NCBI GenBank assembly: GCA_964016885.1 | Contig: OZ024743.1 | Coordinates: 250,666,001 to 250,730,000, forward strand | Direction of reading: 5' to 3' | From: Eledone cirrhosa | Lineage: Eukaryota | Length of the DNA stretch: 64,000 bases | Shown: piece after piece, positions 25,158 through 43,740 of the stretch | Layout of the letters: every line of letters starts with the position of its first letter | How positions within the stretch are numbered: position 1 is the first letter of the stretch | The notes under the pieces: generated by a model | Database searches by the model: none | Told to the model about the DNA's origin: nothing | Seen by the model: the letters and a program-made list of their open reading frames with translations, nothing else | Translations under genes and position numbers: made by a program

Positions 25158-26345
25158 TACAGTAGACAGCTTCTGCTACCTAGGTGACCGAATTAGCAGC
25201 GGAGGTGGGTGTTCAGAAAGTACAATAACTAGGGTAAGAATGGGATGGAAGAAGTTTAGCGAACTACTACCACTGCTAGCTGCAAAAGGCTTCTCCCTCA
25301 AAATGAAAGGCAGACTGTATTATGCGTGTATCCGAACAGCGATGTTACATGGTAGTGAGATCTGGGCGCTGAAGGTGGAAGACTTACGTAGATTAGAAAG
25401 AAACGAAGCCTGCATGCTCCGATGGATGTGTAATAGTAATATACGCGAACGACAAAGCATAAATGAATTGACAGAGAGACTGAGCATAAGAGGAATCAAA
25501 TGGTGTGTGCAGGAGAGGCGGCTGCGTTGGTATGGACATGTGATGCGTATGAAGGATGACAGCTGCATAAAAAGGTGCAGAGCACTAGAAGTCGATGGAA
25601 ACCACGGTGTGGGGAGACCCAAGATGATCTGGGATCAGGTAATAAAAGCCAACCTTACCCAATTACACCTCTCAAGGTGATGACACATGACCGTGACCTC
25701 TGGCGTCACGCAGTAATACAGAGTACCCGACCTCCCATGGGTACAAGCTGAAGCATATAGACAATATGCCCCCACATGCCACACTGTAAAGTGGACGTGT
25801 AGGTGCCACGAAAAAGCACCCAGCACTCACTGTAAATGAGGTTGGTGTTAGGAAGGGCATCGAGCTGTAGTAATCAAGCCAAATCAGTTCCTGTATGAGC
25901 AAGGCATGGTCAGCCGACCAGACACTGCCCACTACAGGACAACCCGTCTAACCCATGCTAGCGTGGAAGAACGGACTGTGATGATGATGATGATGATGAT
26001 GATGATGACCTTTCCTACATACTGAGCAAGGCCATTTCCCTGACGGAATTTGGATTCTGTTTTCTTGTAAAGTTGACTTTGAGACCCTTTTTTTCTAGTT
26101 CCTGCGTCTCTAGTTCTACCATAGATTCAGCTATAAGTGTGAGGTCATCCGCATATAGGAGTTCCCATGGGAATCCGGTCTTAAACTCCTCCGTTATTGC
26201 CTGCAAAACTATAATGAACAGGAGAGGGCTAAGAACAGAACCCTGGTGGACACCGACCTGTATGCTAAATTCCTCGCTATAGTCATTGCTAACCCTCATT
26301 TTGATGACTGCTACCCTATACATGGCTTGTACAGCTTTCATAAGC
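25158..26345. mobile_element. RTE LINE 3' part on + (25158-26008, (ATG)n tail) joined to an RT fragment on - (26009-26345)
   Basis: ORF 25240..25680 (+) and ORF 26015..26416 (-) containing LYADDL. Confidence 0.88.
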
Positions 26346-26395
26346 ACTATACATAAATATATATACATATATACATACATATATATATACACACG

Positions 26396-32162
<5,767 letters not shown>

Positions 32163-32197
32163 CATACATAAATATATATACATATATCTGTATATAT

Positions 32198-32818
32198 GAT
32201 GGCTGCCCCCTCGTTATCGAGTAAGACCATTGCACATTATACCATTATTAATAATTATTGATTAATTCTTTCGTACAATGCCTGTGTGTGAAGATATTTT
32301 TTTAAAGTGAGGAAAGACTGTGCACTGAGCCAATCCCACTCTCTGAGCGACAGTAGCTATTACACAAAAAGAAGAAAAGATCAACATCATCGGTAACTAC
32401 TGAGCCGCAGGTTTTATGTCGGAGTTATCCCAGTTTCCTGAGTTGCCTTCTCCTAGAAGAATGCCCTGACAAAGGCTAGGGGTCCTTCACTCCCAGTGGT
32501 TTAACTGCACGATCGGGTGTTCAGCCCGACTTTTTCTATGTCCCTGCGCAATACATACATATGCACCCATGTATATACACATATACATATACATACATAT
32601 GTACATGTGTATATACATATTTACACACTATTGGATGGCCTTTGACTCTTATGAGTTCTTCCGCCCTTTGTCAGGTTTTGTTTTTTGTCCTGCAGGGTGT
32701 CCAAAATCACCCTCCTCACCAAATAAACTTGGTGGGGTTGCCGGTTTAGTCGCCAACGACCCGACCATGCAACAGGCTGTACTGGGTTACATGTTATCAG
32801 TAGCACTCAAGAGTAACC

Positions 32819-32820
<2 letters not shown>
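32198..32820 (-). mobile_element. Probable RTE-related non-autonomous relic
   Basis: End motif 'ggctgcc.cctcgttatcgagta' also at ~56222; minus-strand 'ctaggagaaggcaactc' resembles RTE 5'-UTR motifs (from memory). Confidence 0.4.
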
Positions 32821-32891
<71 letters not shown>

Positions 32892-32932
32892 TATACATAC
32901 ATAAATATATATACATATATATACATAAATAT

Positions 32933-32971
<39 letters not shown>

Positions 32972-33077
32972 CATACATAAATATATATACATATATATAC
33001 ATAAATATATATACATATATATATATACACATATACATACATAAATATATATACACATATATATATATATATATATA

Positions 33078-34877
33078 TCATCATCATCATCAACGTTTAA
33101 CGTCCGTGTTCCACGCTTGCATGGGTTTGGACGGGGGTAGTCCCACTTGAGGCAAGAGTGATTGTCTTGCTCGCATAGGACTGTCTGGCAGGTTTTCTAC
33201 AGTTGGATGCCCTTCCTAACACCAACCACATTTACAGTGTGGGTCTGGGAGGTTTTTACCGTGTTGCCTACACGGCCACATTACAGCGTGGACTGTGTGT
33301 TTCTTTGTCGTGACACCTCCACGATCTCATTTGTTTCGGCCTGGATGGTGTGGCAACAACACAACTTTACATAGAACGGGGTGGCGTGGATGGGGTGGGG
33401 GTGGTGGGACGGGGGGGGGGGGTATTTTGTTAGAGATGCCTACTGGCTGTAGTAGGTTTTACTATGTATTTAGGTAAGGCGGGTCTTCTCTGTTACTGAG
33501 TACCGCCAAAGGTCTCGGTCCAGTGACATTGTCTTGGAGAGGTGTAAGTGTGTGAGGTCGGAGTTTATCAGCTCGTCCCAGGTTTTTCTAGGTCTGCCTA
33601 TTCCGTGGCTACCGTCTATCTTTATTGCCCTGCACTTTGTTATACAGCTATCGACTTTCATGCGCATCACGTGTCCATACCAACGTAGCCTTCTCTCGAG
33701 TAAACAACATCTGATCCCTCTTATTTCTAATTTTTTCCTTAGTTCGTTTATGCTTTGCCGTTCACGTATATTACTGTTACACATCCAGCGGAGCATGCAA
33801 GCTTCGTTCCTCTCTAGTCTGCGTATATCCTCTGCACACAATGCCCAGGTCTCACTGCCATGCAACATTGCTGTTCGTATGCAGGCATCGTACAACCTGC
33901 CTTTCATTTTTAGGGAGAACCCTTTAGCAGCTAATAGTGGTATAAGCTCTCTGAACTTTTTCCAACCAGTTCTGACTCTAGCTACTGTACTTTCAGAGCA
34001 CCCTCCCCCACTGCTGATTTTATCACCCAGGTAACGGAAACTGTCCACTATTTCTATAGAACCCTCTGCGCAATTGAAAGAGCTAGTATTTGTGGGCACT
34101 TGCTGCTACTTATTGCACCAGAGCACCGGCCACATGTAAAATCTATGTTCTTAGTTAGCTTACCTGTGATCCCACTACATCTTTTATGCACCCATACTTT
34201 GCATTTAGGACATAAAATGGAGTTTCTACCTACGCCATTCCAACACACCGAGCACGACCATTTCCCAGAAGGGACCGCCGCCTTATTTTCTTTCCTACAA
34301 ACTAGAACTTTAGTCTTAGCCAGGTTAATTTTAAGGCCTTTTGATTCTAGGCTGTGCTTCCATGTTTGGAATTTCTTCTCTAGCTCGGCCATTGATTCCG
34401 CTATGAGTGTCAGGTCGTCTGCGTATAGGAGTTCCCATGGGCAGCCGGTCTTGAACTCCTCTGTTATAGCCTGAAGGGCAATAATAAATAGTAGGGGGCT
34501 GAGAACAGAGCCCTGATGGACGCCAACTTTTACGCTAAACTCTTCACTATATTCGTTGTTAATTCTAACCTTGCTGACTGTTTCTTTATACATGGCTTGT
34601 ATAGCTCTCACAAGCCATTCGTCAACGCCTAGTTTTCTAAGAGCCCACCAGATAATGGAACGGGGAACTCTGTCGAAGGCTTTCTCCAAGTCGACAAAAG
34701 CTAAGTAGAGGGGTTTACCTTTAGCTAGGTACTTCTCCTATAGTTGTCGTACAATGAAAAGAGCGTCTGTGGTACTTTTGCCTGACACAAACCCGAACTG
34801 CATTTCATCTAGGTCAATTCTCTCTCTGATTAGTTGCGCTATTACTTTTTCCGTGACCTTCATGACCTGGTCGATTA
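33078..34877 (-). mobile_element. 5'-truncated RTE LINE, near-identical to the 37151 copy
   Basis: ORFs 33470..34099 and 34054..34689 carry RT motifs; (CAT)n tail; inserted in (TA)n. Confidence 0.93.
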
Positions 34878-34918
<41 letters not shown>

Positions 34919-35014
34919 CATAAATAAATATATGTACATATATATATATACATATATACATATATGTATATATATATATATACATATATGTATATATATA
35001 TATACATATATACA

Positions 35015-35052
<38 letters not shown>

Positions 35053-36680
35053 TACATATATGTATATATATATATACATATATATATATATGTATATATA
35101 TATACATATATACATATATGTATATATATATATACATACATATATATATACATACATATATATGCATATATACATACATATATATATAGACATACATACA
35201 TATATATATATATACATACATATATACATGCATGCATATATATACATACATATATACACGCATAGATATATATATATATACATACATACACATATACATA
35301 CATAATACATACATATATATATATACATACTTCGTTCATAATATAAAATGTTATTATATGTTGTTGTTTGATGTGTTTCTGTTATTAGTCTTTTTTAAAT
35401 TGATTTTATGTTGTAATTGTTTTGTCTTTACCATTATTATTAGTAAAATGCATTAAACAGTTTCTTCATGTCGACATCAAAGTAAATAACAGGCTTAAAA
35501 CTCTAATAGAATATTAATGTAATGATAGTAAAAGGCTCAGTGAATAATCGATATAGGAAACATTAAAAGCCTTAAATATATATCTAATAATATCAGAATG
35601 GAATGGCTACACCTGAATAGTGGAACCCAGCTGTTGATTTTAGTTCAGATTTTTTTTACATAACATAACTTTACCAAAATAGTATCCAAAATGGCTGTAA
35701 AAAACCCCAATACTTCTCCAGTTCTCCAGCGTCAGGAAACAGGGAGATATGGAGAGATTACATCAGCTCTGAACTATGACTGGCTGTTTTGGAAGGGAGT
35801 TGATGCTTGCTGCACAGGAGAAATGTTCTGAATTGGATCCAAATCTAACACTAGCAATGCCAACATACCCACCACTAATTCCAACACACCCTGCACCACC
35901 ACTAGAAATACCAACACCACCACCAGCACCACCAGTAGCAATACCAACATCAACTCCAGCACCACCACTAGCAATACAACACCCACAGCACTACTACCAA
36001 CAGTGCACTCAGTAAAATGATCATGAGAGTGCCACAGTTTACTTTATAAAAATGCTAGTGTTGGTACTTCAATAAAATACACCTAATACACACTGTAAAG
36101 TGTTAGCGCTGGTGTCACAATAAAATGCCCCTGTAATATGGATGTGTTGGAGCACAATTAAACATGCCTTTTCAATGTACAAAGTCTTACTTAATCCTTG
36201 CAACAATATATATATATTTCGTTACTATTATCTTCATTGCTTAAAATATGGCATTTCTTCTAGTCCTGTCAAGTCCTACTACAGTTGTTAAAATAAACTA
36301 ATTTTCATTTTTAGAATGTGCAAAATTATTGTATACGTATTTATGTGTATATTTATATACGTTTATATAATTATATGTATACACGCACACACACACACAT
36401 ATATATATTTTTTTATATATATTTTTATGTGTATTTGGTGTATACGTTCGTATGTGTACGGGTACAGGTGTTGCGTGGGTTCTATATGTGCGTGCGTGTT
36501 TTTGTGTACGTGCTCGTATTTGCATACCCATGGCGGGTGTTTCGCGTATGCATGTGTATGTACGTATATGGATGCGTGCATGTTTATATTTTTGTTGATT
36601 TCAATTACCTCTGTAATTTATTTACATTATTCTTAACTCTGAAGTCGAGAATCATTCGGTTTCCTAAATATAATTTTAAT

Positions 36681-36950
36681 CTACGACTTCAGTTATACCA
36701 TAAAAGTGGTTTTGTCTTTGCGTGTAATTGTTCTCACCGCTCCACACCATGACGTATTATCTTCGTTTTTTTTCGTTCATTGCCAGTAAACGTCTCCACG
36801 AACCACATAATAGAATATTAGTCTACGACTTCATTTATACCATAAACGTGGTTTTATCTTTGCGTGTAATTGTTTTCTTAGCTCCAAATAATGACGTATT
36901 ATCTTCGTTTTTTTCCCGTTCTTTGCCAGGGAACGTTTCCACGAACCAAA
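36681..36950. repeat. Diverged tandem duplication, ~142-bp unit
   Basis: 'ctacgacttca..tataccataaa..gtggtttt' at 36681 and 36823. Confidence 0.75.
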
Positions 36951-37101
36951 GTATTTGTCTTATTGTCTTCCTTCGGCTGCAACGTTTTTCGAAATATTTA
37001 CTTCTGCGTCACAGATTGATTCTTCTAGTTTCAGAAGATCCCGTTAAGGGTGAAAGCAGCGATTCTTTACTTAAACTTTAATCTGTTATTTTAATAAATA
37101 A

Positions 37102-37150
<49 letters not shown>

Positions 37151-37151
<1 letters not shown>

Positions 37152-40100
37152 CATCATCATCATCATCATCATCAACGTTTAACGTCCGTGTTCCACGCTT
37201 GCATGGGTTTGGATGGGGGTAGTCCCACTTGAGGCAAGAGTGATTGTCTTGCTCGCATAGGACTGTCTGGCAGGTTTTCTACAGTTGGATGCCCTTCCTA
37301 ACACCAACCACATTTACAGTGTGGGTCTGGGAGGTTTTTACCGTGTTGCCTACACGGCCCCATTACAGCGTGGACTGTGTGTTTTTTTGTCGTGACACCT
37401 ACACGATCTCATTTGTTTCGGCCTGGATGGCGCGGCACCAACATAACTTTACATAGAACGGGGTGGTGTGGATGGGGTGGAGGTGGTGGGACGGGGGGGG
37501 GTATTTTGTTAGAGATGCCTACTGGCTGGAGTAGGTTTTACTATATATTTAGGTAAGGCGGGTCTTCTCTGTTACTGAGTACCGCCAAAGGTCTCAGTCC
37601 AGTGACATTGTCTTGGAGAGGTGTAAGTGTGTGAGGTCGGAGTTTATCAGCTCGTCCCAGGTTTTTCTAGGTCTGCCTATTCCATGGCTACCGTCTATCT
37701 TTATTGCCCTGCACTTTGTTATACAGCTATCGACTTTCATGCGCATCACGTGTCCATACCAACGTAGCCTTCTCTCGAGTAAACAACATCTGATCCCTTT
37801 TATCTCTAATTTTTTCCTTAGTTCGTTTATGCTTTGCCGTTCACGTATATTACTGTTACACATCCAGCGGAGCATGCAAGCTTCGTTCCTCTCTAGTCTG
37901 CGTATATCCTCTGCACACAATGCCCAGGTCTCACTGCCATGCAACATTGTTGTTCGTATGCTGGCATCGTACAACCTGCCTTTCATTTTTAGGGAGAACC
38001 CTTTAGCAGCTAATAGTGGTATAAGCTCTCTGAACTTTTTCCAACCAGTTCTGACTCTAGCTACTGTACTTTCAGAGCACCCTCCCCCACTGCTGATTTT
38101 ATTGCCCAGGTAACGGAAGCTGTCCACTATTTCTATAGAACCCTCTGCGCAATTGAAAGAGCTAGTATTTGTGGGCACTTGCTGCTACTTATTGCACCAG
38201 AACACCGGCCACATGTAAAATCTATGTTCTTAGTTAGCTTACCTGTGATCCCACTACATCTTTTATGCACCCATACTTTGCATTTAGGACATAAAATGGA
38301 GTTTCTACCTACGACCATTTCCCAGAAGGGACCGCCGCCTTGTTTTCTTTCCTACAAACTAGAACTTTAGCCTTAGCCAGGTTAATTTTAAGTCCTTTTA
38401 ACTCTAGGCCGTGCTTCCATGTTTGGAATTTCTTCACTAGCTCGGCCATTGATTCCGCTCTGAGTGTCAGGTCATCTGCGTATAGGAGTTCCCATGGGCA
38501 GCCGGTCTTGAACTCCTCTGTTATAGCCTGAAGGGCAATAATAAATAGTAGGGGGCTGAGAACAGAGCCCTGATGGACGCCAACTTTTACGCTAAACTCT
38601 TCACTATATTCGTTGTTAATTCTAACCTTGCTGACCGTTTCTTTATACATGGCTTGTATAGCCCTCACAAGCCATTCGTCAACGCCTAGTTTTCTAAGAG
38701 CCCACCAGATAATGGAGCGGGGGACTCTGTCGAAGGCTTTCTCCAAGTCGACAAAAGCTAAGTAGAGGGGTTTACCTTTAGCTAGGTACTTCTCCTGTAG
38801 TTGTCGTACTATGAAAAGAGCGTCTGTGGTACTTTTGCCTGACACAAACCCGAACTGCATTTCATCTAGGTCAATTCTCTCTCTGATTAGTTGCGCTATT
38901 ACTTTTTCTGTGACCCTCATGACCTGGTCGATTAATTTAATGCCTCTATAGTTACTCCTATCTAGGGCGTCTCCTTTACCCTTATAACAGTTAACGATGA
39001 TGCTGCTATGCCAGTCCTTCGGAACAACCCCATTCTGTACGACTTGGTTAACTATGCGGGTGACCATGGTGTGTCCCACCGTGCCAGATGCCTTCAGCAT
39101 CTCAGCAACTATTTCCGAAGGCCCAGCCGCCTTACCCGTCTTCATATCCTTGATTGCCTTACTTATTGTACTCCCCTCGACTAACACTGCTGGTCCCTCT
39201 ATTCGGTCGATATGGGGGAGACTGTCTTTCTCCCATTTATTCTCCTCATTTAGTAGCCTTTCATAGTGACACTTCCAAGCTACCTTCTTATCAGCGTCGG
39301 TGATGGCAAGTGTGCCATCATCGTTTAGTACACACTTCTCCCCGACAATATCACGGTTTTCCTTGACGCATTGCCTAGCAATCCTGAACACCTCACGTTT
39401 TTGGTCCTCGCGTTGTAGAACATGCTTGAACTTTCTTTCCTCAGCTTCCCTTCTTGCTAAGTACACTTGTCTCCTAGCTTCCCTCCTGGCCACTTGATAG
39501 TCTTCTCTACTTCCCCCATCCCGCCATACTTTCCAAGCCTGCTTTTTGGCCTTAATTGACCCCTCCACTTTACTGTTCCACCACCATGTTACTCTCCTCC
39601 TGCCTACAGGCCTGCTCCAGCCACAGACTTCGTCTGTCGCCATCAGCAGGTTTGCTTTCAGAAATTCCCACTGTCCCTCTATATTGTCCGACTGTAAATG
39701 TTCTTCCTTACTGTCGAAAGCATCAAGTAATATGCTTTGAAATTTATTTCTGGCTGTGGGGTCCTTTAGCTTCCATATTTTTCTCCTGAGGATAGTCCTC
39801 TTCTGCTGTCGAGTACGTCTCGTCCTGACTATGAGGTCGCTAATTATCAGTCTATGTTGGGAGGTGCATTCTTCATGGGGGAGGGATATAGTGTTTACGA
39901 CAGACACTCTGTCACGTCTTCTGGTAAGGATATAATCTACCTGGCTTGTGTTCCCCGGATCTATAGGTGATCAGGTGATTGTCACGTTTTTTGAAGTTAG
40001 TGTTACAGATAGTTAGATTATTTGCATCACAGAATTCCAGAATTCTGGAGCCTTCCTCATTTCTAGTACCAAACCCATAGCCTCCATGGATTTCGTCGTA

Positions 40101-40885
40101 GCCGTCACAATGTTGTCCAACGTGACCATTTAGGTCGCCTGCAATAATTATATAGTCACTGTCGGATATTTGGGAGGTAGTTAGCATCAGTGTCTCATAG
40201 AATCTGTCTTTTATAGTGTCGGGCAGTCCGGATTGGGGTGCGTACGCAGATATTACTGTCACCGTAGTTCTATTGAGGACAAGTCGTATTTTAATTATTC
40301 TGTCGTTCACTCTATTTACGTCTATTATCTTATCTGCCCACTTTTCTGCTACCATGATTCCTACTCCACCCAGCCCATCGTCGTTTCCCACCCAGAAAAG
40401 CTTATAACATCGTTTTTTACCCTCAATGAATCTAGCAGACCCACCCCTCCACCTGGTCTCTTGAATACAACATACATCGACCTCCTTACGTTCAAGCATT
40501 TCTACAACCTCGTTAGCGCGACCCTTTAGGGTTCCTACATTTATGGTACCAACTCTGAAGTTTGGGATTGCGTTTGGAGGATGGGGGCGGTGGGGGGCGG
40601 GGGGAGATGGGGTTATGTTAGCCATCCGCGGACGAAACAAAGAGGAGAGCTCGCATTCTCGTCCACGAGGTGAATTTGACTTTAACTTTGGCATTTTCGC
40701 TGAGCGTCCAGATTTTTCTCTCCCTTCCACTCTCCAGGATTCCGCAGTCCATCCATCCATCCATCATATATCGAAGGCAACCGGGCAAGCGATAGTATAG
40801 GCCTCTGGCTTATGATTGGTCCGCGTAATAATAATAATGGTGATGCGGGGGGGGGGGGGCTCTGGCTTATGATTGGTCCACGTAT
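37151..40885 (-). mobile_element. Near full-length RTE LINE, single ORF broken by frameshifts
   Basis: APE endonuclease (TINVGTL, CIQETRW, SAYAPQ, GDLNGHVG; 39912-40760), RT (38309-39907), C-terminal RWYGHVMRM. Confidence 0.95.
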
Positions 40886-41437
40886 TAAGAATGGTGGTGT
40901 GTGGGGTAGCTAGCTGGAAGGTTATGATTGTTTAACAAGCGATTAACAAAAAGCAAAAATGCAAGATTTGTTCTGTTCAATACGACAAAAACTACCGTAT
41001 TTAACATAAATAACAAAATAATACAGATTTCGGATTTTGCAAGATTGGATGTTTGGACTAGGTACGAACTTGAAGCGTGGAGTAGATAGAAAAATGTGTA
41101 CGTTACGATTACATGAGGTACACCGTAGTAGGAAACAGCACTGAATTGAAACAGCAATGAAGTGGCGAAAAGTGATTAAACATGAAGGGGAGTTTATCTT
41201 ATATATATATATATGTAGCTAAGAGAGAGAGAGGGTGGGGGAGAGAGAGTGGCTGACCGCAGTCCCTCGTGAAGTAGATGGAGGGTGAAGGGTGCCTGGG
41301 TGCCTGGGTGTAGAAGCGGGATTTGACTTTCGAAGTAGCATAATATATATATTTTAAAGGAATTTATAAGAAGCAGAATGGGAAGGATTTTGTTTTGTTT
41401 TGAGAATACGATAGAATTAAGGAATTAAGGAATTGAG

Positions 41438-41477
<40 letters not shown>

Positions 41478-41479
41478 AT

Positions 41480-41541
<62 letters not shown>

Positions 41542-42028
41542 AGATAAATCAACGGAGCCATAGACTCTCGTTATTCCCTGTAAATTATGTGCTCAAAGGA
41601 AAAGGAAATCTGAGCTCTTTAAAATACAATATGTAGAAAGGGTAACACACTAGAGAGAGAGAGAGGGAGAGGGAGAGAGAGAGAATGAGAGAGAGAGAGA
41701 GAGCGTGTGACATCAATAAAACAGGGAAACCACCAGTGTATGGAATCTATAGCCTATGGAAGGCAGGGTAGACACACAATAATTAAAAATATAAATTAAA
41801 ATGCACATACGCACCTCTATAACTATATAACACACACGTACAAATCCAAAGAGATCTGTTTCGCCAAGAAATTATTGACTGAAATGGAAGCGATTATGGG
41901 TCATCAGCGGGTATAAGACAAATAGATTCCAGACAACTCTAAAAAGATATAAGATAACAGTTCTGCAACACGTGGCAATATATACATATATATACATGTA
42001 TAATACAAATATATATATATATATATAA

Positions 42029-42814
42029 TCATCATCATCATCATTATCACGGTTTTACGTCCGTTCTTCCACGCTAGCATGGGTTAGACGGGTTGTCCTG
42101 TTGTGGGCAGTGTCTGGTCGGCTGACCATGCCTTGCTCATACAGGAACTGATTTGGCTTGATTTCTACAGCTGGATGCCCTTCCTAACACCAACCTCATT
42201 TACAGTGAGTGCTGGGTGCTTTTTCGTGGCGCCTACACGTCCACTTTACAGTGTGGGCTGGGTGCTCTTTTGCCGTGGCACCTCCACGACCACCTTGCGG
42301 TGGGGGGGGGGGGGGGGGGCATATTGTATATATGCTTCAGCTTGTACCCATGGGAGGTCGGGTTCTCTGTATTACTGCGTGACGCCAGAGGTCACGGTCG
42401 TGTGTCATTGCCTTTGAGAGGTGTAATTGGGTAAGGTCGGCTTTTATCACCTCATCCCAAGTCATCTTGGATCTCCCCACTCCGCGGCTTCCATCGACTT
42501 CTAGTGCTCTGCACCTTTTTATGCAGCTGTCATCCTTCATACGCATCACATGTCCATACCAGCGCAACCGCATCTCCTGCACACAGCATTTGATTCCTCT
42601 TATGCTCAGTCTCTCTCTCAATTCATTTATGCTTTGTCGTTCATGTATATTACTGTTACACATCCATCCGAGCATGCAGGCTTCGTTTCTCTCTAATCTA
42701 CATAAGTCTTCCACCTTCAGCGCCCAGGTCTCACTACCATGCAACATCGCTGTTCGGATACACGCATCATACAGTCTGCCTTTCATTCTGAGGGAGAAGC
42801 CTTTTGCAGCTAGC
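42029..42814 (-). mobile_element. RTE LINE 3' fragment
   Basis: [20 protein letters not shown]...RWYGHVMRM; (CAT)n tail. Confidence 0.9.
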
Positions 42815-42895
42815 AAATATATATATGTATATATACATGTATATACAAATGTATATATATATATATATATAGATGTATATACAAATATATATATG

Positions 42896-43031
42896 TTTTG
42901 TGAGGTTTTTGATATGAAATCGTGTGTCGAAACAAATATTGTTATACTTGGCGAAAACCAACCAAACAGTGAGTGTGTTCTGTTATTAATTCTGGCAATA
43001 TTATTACAACAATATGACCCTCCCCAAGTAT

Positions 43032-43038
<7 letters not shown>
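42896..43038. mobile_element. Miniature inverted remnant of the main PLE 3' ends
   Basis: About 55 bp of the - sense tail joined to about 90 bp of the + sense tail, inside (TA)n. Confidence 0.8.
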
Positions 43039-43112
<74 letters not shown>

Positions 43113-43169
43113 CATATATATATATACATATATATATATACATATATATATATACATATATATATATAC

Positions 43170-43261
<92 letters not shown>

Positions 43262-43263
43262 AT

Positions 43264-43309
<46 letters not shown>

Positions 43310-43311
43310 AT

Positions 43312-43355
<44 letters not shown>

Positions 43356-43357
43356 AT

Positions 43358-43401
<44 letters not shown>

Positions 43402-43403
43402 AT

Positions 43404-43439
<36 letters not shown>

Positions 43440-43449
43440 GTATATACAA

Positions 43450-43480
<31 letters not shown>

Positions 43481-43515
43481 TAAATATATTTATAGATATA
43501 CATGTATATACAAAT

Positions 43516-43546
<31 letters not shown>

Positions 43547-43740
43547 CACGTAAATACAAATATATTTATACATATATATATATATACACGTAAATACAAA
43601 TATATTTATACATATATATATATATACACGTATATACAAATATATTTATACATATATATATATATACACGTATATACAAATATATTTATACATATATATA
43701 TATGTATATATATATATGTGTATATATATATTTATTTATA
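43039..43740. repeat. Long compound (TA)n microsatellite; similar tracts at 21712-21975, 32056-32195, 32823-33077, 34878-35330 and 62866-63165
   Basis: Directly visible. Confidence 0.95.

Noticed and set aside
32600-32820. Hairpin-rich segment considered as an HDV-like or twister ribozyme of an RTE 5' end
   Set aside because: Could not build the required pseudoknot by eye; needs an Infernal search
35691-36015. Possible host exon or Pro/Thr-rich ORF
   Set aside because: Derived from degenerate (ACC/AGC)n repeats; no recognisable domain or splice support
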